DNA of 64,000 nt from Steroidobacteraceae bacterium. GTDB lineage: Bacteria; Pseudomonadota; Gammaproteobacteria; Steroidobacterales; Steroidobacteraceae. Position numbers and translations under genes: made by a program. The notes beneath the pieces were generated by a model. The model made no database searches. It was given only the letters and a program-made list of their open reading frames with translations, and had not been told where the DNA came from. Of this stretch, positions 57,955 to 64,000 are shown piece after piece; the stretch's first letter is position 1, and each line of letters starts with the position of its first letter. The stretch spans positions 18,169-82,168 of the forward strand of contig DAIQBB010000007.1 of NCBI GenBank assembly GCA_036781365.1. The letters are read 5' to 3'.

Positions 57955-59043
57955 ATGGGACGACGGACACCGCTCTTTGAACTCCATGTCGCCGGCGGCG
58001 CGCGCATGGTCGACTTCGGCGGCTGGGACATGCCGGTTGGCTACGGCTCTCAGATCGAGGAGCACCTCGCCGTGCGCCGCGACGCAGGGATGTTCGACGT
58101 GTCACACATGTGCACCGTCGATCTCCGAGGGGCCGGCGTACGCCCGCTGTTGCTGCGCCTGCTTGCGAACGACGTCAGTCGCCTGACGGCTGCGGGCAAG
58201 GCCCTTTACAGCTGCATGCTGCGCCCGGACGGCGGCGTCATTGACGACCTGATCGCCTGCTTCATCGAAGAGCGGTGGTTCAGACTCGTCGTCAATGCGG
58301 GCACTGCCGACAAGGACATCGCCTGGATCAAGGAACACGCGAAGCCGATGGGCGTCGCGGTCGTGCCGCGGCGCGACCTCGCGATGATCGCCGTCCAGGG
58401 GCCGAATGCGCGCGCAAAGGTGACGCTGCTGCTTCCAGAGGCTTGCCGGGCCCCCGCTGGCGCGCTCGGGGTCTTCTTCGGCGCGGCCTGCGACGAGTGG
58501 TTCGTGTCGCGCACCGGCTACACCGGCGAGGATGGATTCGAGGTCGCGTTGCCCGCAGAGTCCGCATCTGACCTCTGGAAGTCGTTTCAGGCCGCAGGCG
58601 TCGCGCCCTGCGGACTCGGCGCTCGCGACACGCTCCGTCTCGAAGCAGGCATGAATCTCTACGGCAACGACATGGACGAATCGGTTTCCCCGCTGGAATC
58701 CGGCCTCGCTTGGACTGTCGCGCTTGAAGGCACGCGCGACTTCGTCGGCAAGGAAGCGCTCGAGAAGCAGCGCGCCGCCGGGCTGGCGAGAAAGCTCACC
58801 GGGCTTCTGCTGCTGGAGCGCGGCGTGCTGCGTTCACACCAGAAAGTTTTCGCCGGCGCGGCCGGCGAAGGCGAGGTGACGAGCGGGACGTTTTCACCGA
58901 CGCTCGAGCGCTCGATCGGCCTGGCGCGGCTGCCCGCGGGCGCCGCAGGCACGGTCGAGGTCGATATCCGCGGCAAGCGGATGCCGGCACGCCTCGTCAA
59001 GCCGCCGTTCGTCAGGAACGGCAAGGCAATGATCGAACTCTAG
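57955..59043 (+). CDS. gcvT: Glycine cleavage system aminomethyltransferase T
   Basis: 362 aa: ...[33 protein letters not shown]... Confidence 0.96.
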   Translation: MGRRTPLFELHVAGGARMVDFGGWDMPVGYGSQIEEHLAVRRDAGMFDVSHMCTVDLRGAGVRPLLLRLLANDVSRLTAAGKALYSCMLRPDGGVIDDLIACFIEERWFRLVVNAGTADKDIAWIKEHAKPMGVAVVPRRDLAMIAVQGPNARAKVTLLLPEACRAPAGALGVFFGAACDEWFVSRTGYTGEDGFEVALPAESASDLWKSFQAAGVAPCGLGARDTLRLEAGMNLYGNDMDESVSPLESGLAWTVALEGTRDFVGKEALEKQRAAGLARKLTGLLLLERGVLRSHQKVFAGAAGEGEVTSGTFSPTLERSIGLARLPAGAAGTVEVDIRGKRMPARLVKPPFVRNGKAMIEL

Positions 59044-59057
59044 TATGGAGGCTGAAA

Positions 59058-59447
59058 ATGAGCTTGGTTCCAGCTGACCTGCGCTACACGAAAAGCCACG
59101 AGTGGCTTCGCACGCTGCCGGACGGCAGCATCGAGATCGGCATCACCGACCACGCGCAGCAGTCGCTCGGCGACCTGGTGTTCGTCGAGGTGCCCGAAGC
59201 GGGCAGGACACTCGCCGCCGGCGATGCCTGCGCCGTGGTGGAGTCGGTGAAGGCGGCCTCGGACGTGTACAGCCCGGTTGCAGGCGAAGTGACGGCCGGC
59301 AATCCGAAGCTCGCGACAGAACCGGAACTGATCAACCGCGATCCCTTTGGCGAGGGCTGGATCCTGCGGATCAGGCCTTCGGGCGGGAAGTCAGCCGAGA
59401 CGCTCGATGCCGCAGCCTACGAAGCCGTGGCGGCCGCCGGAGGCTAG
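59058..59447 (+). CDS. gcvH: Glycine cleavage system H protein
   Basis: 129 aa: LRYTKSHEWL... with the lipoyl-Lys context VVESVKAASDVYSPV. Confidence 0.96.
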   Translation: MSLVPADLRYTKSHEWLRTLPDGSIEIGITDHAQQSLGDLVFVEVPEAGRTLAAGDACAVVESVKAASDVYSPVAGEVTAGNPKLATEPELINRDPFGEGWILRIRPSGGKSAETLDAAAYEAVAAAGG

Positions 59448-59455
59448 GGTTCCGC

Positions 59456-60829
59456 ATGCCCTACATTCCGCACACGCCTGAAGACATCCGCGCGATGCTC
59501 GATCGCATCGGCGCGAGTTCCATCGACGACCTGTTCGACGAAATTCCGGCCGCGCTGCGGATCGATTCGCTCGCCGGCGTGCCCGAGGCGCTTTCCGAGA
59601 TGGATGTCGCCCGCCTCGCGGGCGAGCGGGCGACAGCCGATGGCCGCACGATCAATTTCATCGGAGCGGGCGCGTACGAACACCACATTCCCGCGCCGGT
59701 GTGGGCGCTCGTGAGCCGGGGCGAGATTTACAGCGCATATACGCCGTACCAGGCGGAGGCGAGCCAGGGCACGCTCCAGATCATGTACGAGTACCAGTCC
59801 ATGATCGCGGGCCTCACGGCGATGGACGTGTCGAACGCCTCGCTCTACGACGGCGCCTCCGGACTCGCCGAGGCTTGCCTGATGGCTGTGCGCGCGCATC
59901 GGCGCTCGAAATCCGCGCGCATTCTCATGCCGGCGACCGTCAACCCCGCGTGGCGCCGGGTGGCGCGCGCGATCACCGAAGGCCAGGGCCTCGACCTGCA
60001 GGAACTGCCGTACTGCACGGAGCGCGGGACGACGATTCCCGAGTCACTCGGTCGGTTTGCCGGGCAGGACGTCACGGCCGTCGTGATCCAGCAGCCCAAT
60101 TTTTTCGGCCAGCTCGAGGACGTGGATGCCATCACGCGCTGGGCGCGCGCGAACGGCGCGCTCGTGATCGCCGCCGTGAACCCCGTTGCTCTCGGGCTGC
60201 TCGCCCCGCCGGGCGAGTGGGGCGACGGCGGGGCTGACATCGCCTGCGGCGATGCACAACCATTCGGTGTGCCGCTTTCCTCGGGTGGCCCCTATGTCGG
60301 CTTCATGGCCTGCCGAATGGAGCATGTGCGGCAGATGCCGGGGCGAATCGCGGGGCGCACTGTCGACGCCGAAGGCAAGCCCGGCTTCACCCTGACGCTG
60401 CAGGCGCGAGAGCAGCACATCCGCCGAGGCAAAGCGACGTCGAACATCTGCACCAACCAGGGCCTGCTGATGAGCGCGGCGACGATTCATCTCGCATTGC
60501 TGGGTCCCGCCGGACTCGAGCGTGTTGCGAGGGCATGCCTCGCGCGGACGAAGCAGCTCGCCGACGCGCTCGCGCAGCTGCCCGGCGTGCGGGCGGCTTT
60601 CACCGGTCCGCGGTTCCACGAGGCGATCATGTTGCTCGACCGCCCGGTCGGACCCTTGCTCGAGTCGCTCGCGGCCGAGGGCATCGTCGGGGGCTACGAT
60701 CTCTCGCGCGACTACCCGGAGCTCGGCCATGCGCTCCTCGTCTGCGCCACCGAATCGCGCAATGCCGACGATGTCGAACGGTACGCGCGCTCACTCGGCC
60801 GGCTGCTCGGCCGCGCTGCGGCCGCCTGA
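59456..60829 (+). CDS. gcvPA: Glycine dehydrogenase (decarboxylating) subunit 1
   Basis: Internal ATG at 59456 ([19 protein letters not shown]...) giving 457 aa. The track ORF 59102.. is over-extended across gcvH. Confidence 0.95.
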   Translation: MPYIPHTPEDIRAMLDRIGASSIDDLFDEIPAALRIDSLAGVPEALSEMDVARLAGERATADGRTINFIGAGAYEHHIPAPVWALVSRGEIYSAYTPYQAEASQGTLQIMYEYQSMIAGLTAMDVSNASLYDGASGLAEACLMAVRAHRRSKSARILMPATVNPAWRRVARAITEGQGLDLQELPYCTERGTTIPESLGRFAGQDVTAVVIQQPNFFGQLEDVDAITRWARANGALVIAAVNPVALGLLAPPGEWGDGGADIACGDAQPFGVPLSSGGPYVGFMACRMEHVRQMPGRIAGRTVDAEGKPGFTLTLQAREQHIRRGKATSNICTNQGLLMSAATIHLALLGPAGLERVARACLARTKQLADALAQLPGVRAAFTGPRFHEAIMLLDRPVGPLLESLAAEGIVGGYDLSRDYPELGHALLVCATESRNADDVERYARSLGRLLGRAAAA

Positions 60830-60833
60830 GAAC

Positions 60834-62303
60834 ATGAGCATGCGAAAGGCCGAGCCATTGATCTTCGAACTGTCGCGCGCCGGACGCGGTGCGACTGCGC
60901 AGCATCCCGCGCTGGAAGAATCCGACGTGCCCGAGGCCTTCAGGCGCCGCAAGCCGCCGCCGTTGCCGGAAGTTTCCGAACTGCAGGCCGTTCGGCATTA
61001 CACGCGACTGTCCCAACTCAACTTCGGGATCGACACCCACTTCTATCCGCTCGGCTCCTGCACGATGAAGTACAACCCGCGCGCCTGCAATTCACTTGCG
61101 ATGCTGCCGGGCTTTCTCGGGCGGCATCCGCTGGCGCCAGAAGCGACCGGCCAGGGCGTGATGGCCTGCCTGTTCGAGCTGCAGGAGATGCTGCGTCACG
61201 TGACCGGCATGGCCGGCGTTTCCCTGACGCCGATGGCGGGCGCCCAGGGAGAGTTCGCGGGCGTCGCGATGATCCGCGCCTACCACCACGCGCGCGGCGA
61301 CCGCGCGCGGAACGAGATCATCGTGCCGGACGCGGCGCACGGCACGAATCCCGCGACGGCGGCCATGTGTGGCATGAAGGTGAGGGAAATTCCCTCCCTG
61401 CCCGATGGCGACGTCGACGTCGCCGCGCTCGAGGCGGCGCTGTCGCCTGCGACCGCCGGGATCATGCTGACGAACCCGAGCACCCTCGGCGTTTTCGAGC
61501 GGCGCATCGTCGAGATTGCGCGAAAGGTGCACGTGGCGGGCGGGCTCCTGTATTACGACGGCGCAAACCTGAACGCGATCCTCGGCAAGGTCCGGCCGGG
61601 CGACATGGGCTTCGATGTGATCCACATGAACCTGCACAAGACCTTCTCGACGCCGCACGGCGGCGGCGGGCCGGGATCAGGAGCCGTCGGCGTCGGCCAG
61701 CGATTGCTGCCGCACCTTCCTGTTCCGATCGTCGCGCGCGACGGCGAACGGTATCGCTGGCTCGATGAGGGCGATCTGCCGCATTCGATCGGGCGGCTGT
61801 CGGCCTTCATGGGCAATACGGGTGTCCTGCTGCGCGCCTGGGTTTACATGCGGATCCTGGGTGCCGCAGGCATGCGCCGGGTCGCGGAATTCTCGACGCT
61901 GAATGCGAATTACCTGCTGGCACGGCTGGCCGAGGCCGGCTTTGACACCGCTTTCCCGGGACGGCGCGCGAGTCACGAGTTCATCATCACGCTGAAACGG
62001 CAGGCGCGCGAGCAGGGCGTGACGGCGATGGATTTTGCGAAGCGACTGCTCGATCACGGCTACCATGCACCGACGACGTATTTCCCGTTGCTGGTCCCGG
62101 AGTGCCTCCTGATCGAGCCGACTGAAACCGAGACTCGCGAGGAACTCGACGGATTCGTCGAGGCACTTGCGGCGATCCGCCGCGAAGCGGAAACCGATGC
62201 GGCCGCCGTCAAGTCGGCGCCGCACACGATGCCCGTCCGGCGTCTCGACGATGTGCGTGCAGCGCGCCAGCTCGACGTCGCCTGGAAGCCGGCTGCGGCG
62301 TAG
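60834..62303 (+). CDS. gcvPB: Glycine dehydrogenase (decarboxylating) subunit 2
   Basis: Internal ATG at 60834 ([20 protein letters not shown]...) giving 489 aa with the PLP-Lys context [18 protein letters not shown]. Confidence 0.95.
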   Translation: MSMRKAEPLIFELSRAGRGATAQHPALEESDVPEAFRRRKPPPLPEVSELQAVRHYTRLSQLNFGIDTHFYPLGSCTMKYNPRACNSLAMLPGFLGRHPLAPEATGQGVMACLFELQEMLRHVTGMAGVSLTPMAGAQGEFAGVAMIRAYHHARGDRARNEIIVPDAAHGTNPATAAMCGMKVREIPSLPDGDVDVAALEAALSPATAGIMLTNPSTLGVFERRIVEIARKVHVAGGLLYYDGANLNAILGKVRPGDMGFDVIHMNLHKTFSTPHGGGGPGSGAVGVGQRLLPHLPVPIVARDGERYRWLDEGDLPHSIGRLSAFMGNTGVLLRAWVYMRILGAAGMRRVAEFSTLNANYLLARLAEAGFDTAFPGRRASHEFIITLKRQAREQGVTAMDFAKRLLDHGYHAPTTYFPLLVPECLLIEPTETETREELDGFVEALAAIRREAETDAAAVKSAPHTMPVRRLDDVRAARQLDVAWKPAAA

Positions 62304-62482
62304 AGGAGCCTCCGATTCATCCCTGCATGGGCGCGACCGTGTGCGATATTCGTCCCTGGCAAGGCGCGAGGAGCGATGTGTATCCAGTGATACATGAGCG
62401 AAGTGCAACGCCGCCAGGGACGAATATCGCCCGGTCCCTGCGGGTTACGCGCTCCATGCAGGGATGAATCGGAGGCTCCCTA
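62303..62482. repeat. ~180-bp element with three nested inverted repeats (MITE/REP-like) between gcvPB and dgkA
   Basis: The outer arms ggagcctccgattcatccctgcatgg (62305-30) and its exact complement (62454-79) are 26 bp and perfect. The inner arms gcgatattcgtccctggc (62343-60) and gccagggacgaatatcgc (62413-30) are 18 bp and perfect. The central hairpin is tgtatc-cagt-gataca (62379-94). The element begins at the gcvPB stop codon. Confidence 0.88.
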
Positions 62483-62850
62483 TCCGCCCCGACAAGAAGA
62501 CCGGTCCCGCGCGGCTGGCGCGCGCGTTTGGCAGCACCTGGCGTGGGTTCGCCGCGGCCTGGCGGGACGAGGAGGCGTTCCGGCAGGAATGCCTGCTCGC
62601 GATCGTCGTCATCCCGCTCGGTCTCTGGCTCGGCGAGAACGGCGTGGAGCGAGCGTTGCTCGTAGGTCCGGTGTTCGTCGTACTCGCGATCGAGCTCGTC
62701 AACAGCGCGGTGGAGGCGACGGTCGACCGCATCGGTGTCGAGCGCCACCCGTTGTCGGGCATCGCCAAGGAGCTCGGGTCGGCAGCCGTGTTCATCGCCT
62801 TTGCATTGCTCGCGGTCAACTGGCTCCTGGTGCTCGCTTGGCGGCATTGA
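62464..62850 (+). CDS. dgkA: Diacylglycerol kinase
   Basis: 128 aa. ...KKTGPARLARAFGSTWRGFAAAWRDEEAFRQE...IELVNSAVEATVDRIG...GIAKELGSAAV aligns with E. coli DgkA. The only in-frame start, ATG 62464, lies inside the right arm of the inverted repeat. Confidence 0.9.
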   Translation: MNRRLPIRPDKKTGPARLARAFGSTWRGFAAAWRDEEAFRQECLLAIVVIPLGLWLGENGVERALLVGPVFVVLAIELVNSAVEATVDRIGVERHPLSGIAKELGSAAVFIAFALLAVNWLLVLAWRH

Positions 62851-63773
62851 TCTGCGGTTCGCTCGCCTACGACACGGTCATGGTCTACCCGGGCCGGTTC
62901 CGTGACCACATCCTGCCCGAGAAGATCCACCTCCTGAACGTGTCGTTCGTCGTGCCGACGCTCCGGCGATACTTTGGCGGCTGCGCGGGGAACATCGCCT
63001 ACAACCTGCGGCTCCTCGAGTGCGACGGCCACGCGATGGGGACCGTCGGCCATGACTTCGGGCCTTATCGCGAGTGGATGACGAAAAACGGCATGTCGCT
63101 GCGTTTCGTGAAGACACTGGATGAGGAATACACGGCCCAGGCCTACATCACGACCGATCTCGACGCGAACCAGCTGACCGCCTTCCACCCGGGTGCGATG
63201 ACGAATTCCTGGCGCCAGGAAGTGCCGGCCGACGGCAGCATCACGCTCGGCGTACTCGCGCCCGACGGACGCGAAGGCATGATCGCGCACGCCGCGCAAT
63301 TCGCGCGCGCAGACATCCCCTTCATGTTCGATCCCGGGCAGGCGATGACGCTGTTCGGCGGCGAAGAACTCTCGCAATTCATCGAACAGGCGAAATGGGT
63401 GACGGTAAATGACTACGAGGCGACGCTGCTTCAGGAACGTACCGGCCTCGCGGCCGGGGAACTTGCGGCCCGTGTCGAGGCCTATGTTGTAACGCGGGGC
63501 AGAGAAGGATCCGTCGTGCACGCGCGCGGGCGCAGTGTCGAGATTCCCGCGGTGCGCGCCGCGGCGGTGGTCGACCCTACCGGCTGCGGTGACGCTTATC
63601 GTGCGGGCCTCGTGTACGGGCTGATGCGCGGAATCGACTGGGAAACCACCGGTCGCATTGCCTCACTGATGGGCGCGATCAAGATCGCGACCGTCGGAAC
63701 GCAGCATCATCGATTTACGCTGGACGAGTTCAGGGATCGATTCAATGAGACATTCGGGTACCGGCTTGACTAG
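62838..63773 (+). CDS. PfkB/ribokinase-family carbohydrate or nucleoside kinase
   Basis: The probable TTG start at 62838 gives MAALICGSLAYDTVM... and overlaps the dgkA end. The family signature is DPTGCGDAYRAGL. The track ORF 62394.. is over-extended through dgkA in another frame. Confidence 0.85.
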   Translation: MAALICGSLAYDTVMVYPGRFRDHILPEKIHLLNVSFVVPTLRRYFGGCAGNIAYNLRLLECDGHAMGTVGHDFGPYREWMTKNGMSLRFVKTLDEEYTAQAYITTDLDANQLTAFHPGAMTNSWRQEVPADGSITLGVLAPDGREGMIAHAAQFARADIPFMFDPGQAMTLFGGEELSQFIEQAKWVTVNDYEATLLQERTGLAAGELAARVEAYVVTRGREGSVVHARGRSVEIPAVRAAAVVDPTGCGDAYRAGLVYGLMRGIDWETTGRIASLMGAIKIATVGTQHHRFTLDEFRDRFNETFGYRLD

Positions 63774-63795
63774 GCATGCGCTGACGCAGCTCGCG

Positions 63796-64000
63796 ATGGC
63801 GGCTGCCGTCGCGCTTCTCGCCTGCACGATCGCGCGCGCCCAGACACAACCGCAGGCGCAGCCATTGCCGCCGCCTCCACCGCCGCCGCAACAACAGCCG
63901 CAGCCAGCGCCGCGGCAGCCGCAGCCTGCGCCCCAGCCTGGAACACCCGCGCCGCAACAGCCGCAGTTGCCGGAACAGGAGCTTCAGCCGCTGACGCCGC
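63796..64000 (+). CDS. Partial ORF: signal peptide followed by a Pro/Gln-rich region (runs off the window end)
   Basis: Not in the track because it has no stop. From ATG 63796 it reads MAAAVALLACTIARAQTQPQAQPLPPPPPPPQQQPQPAPRQPQPAPQPGTPAPQQPQLPEQELQPLTP. An in-frame TTG at 63766 would add MTRHALTQLA. The function is unknown. Confidence 0.4.
   Translation, partial: MAAAVALLACTIARAQTQPQAQPLPPPPPPPQQQPQPAPRQPQPAPQPGTPAPQQPQLPEQELQPLTP

Noticed and set aside
63840-63960. CCG/CAG-rich tract considered as a DNA micro- or minisatellite
   Set aside because: The repeats are imperfect and in frame. They are explained as coding for a Pro/Gln-rich low-complexity protein segment.

Overview
This is a high-GC gammaproteobacterial chromosomal core segment. 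Hand counts give 41/60 and 47/60 GC in sampled flanking stretches. About 60 tightly packed, mostly housekeeping genes lie in orders known from E. coli, Pseudomonas and Xanthomonadales: uvrA | MFS-ssb; a PAS-GGDEF-EAL protein; miaB-ybeZ-ybeY-corC-lnt; leuS-lptE ... holA-nadD-rsfS-rlmH-maf-yhdP-nit-tldD; purE-purK; a membrane dipeptidase; yjgA | pmbA; yihY; purC; djlA-rpe; crp; coq7; rplM-rpsI-tRNA-Gln; rpiA-methyltransferase; EVE-ygfA-6S RNA-zapA; ygfB-pepP-ubiH ... ubiI; MFS-phhB-ispG-DUF885; tandem glycine riboswitch-gcvT-gcvH-gcvPA-gcvPB; dgkA-pfkB. I see no prophage, IS element, integrase, CRISPR array or recognisable defence or toxin system, and I cannot support a multi-gene novel system in this window. 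Six things stand out. (1) A lower-GC ~3.5 kb insertion splits the conserved ubiH-ubiI pair. It carries one large secreted SBBP beta-propeller/FN3 protein with a GlyGly-CTERM-like tail. (2) A 15-codon lysine-rich micro-ORF sits directly upstream of rpiA with its own near-consensus promoter, Shine-Dalgarno sequence, structured spacer and intrinsic terminator. (3) A family of palindromic GTCCCCTTT-core elements lies at gene 3' ends, including a 5-unit 19-nt array that exactly fills a convergent intergenic gap. (4) Two long nested inverted-repeat (MITE/REP-like) elements fill co-directional intergenic gaps, and one of them supplies the dgkA start codon. (5) An orphan ExeA-like AAA+ ATPase is fused to an FHA domain immediately downstream of purEK. 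(6) sdaA-pip-OMP is inserted in the otherwise conserved lptE-holA junction. Many long ORFs in the six-frame track are antisense or N-terminally over-extended high-GC artefacts. Starts were re-placed on internal codons where family N-termini and neighbouring stop codons indicate it.
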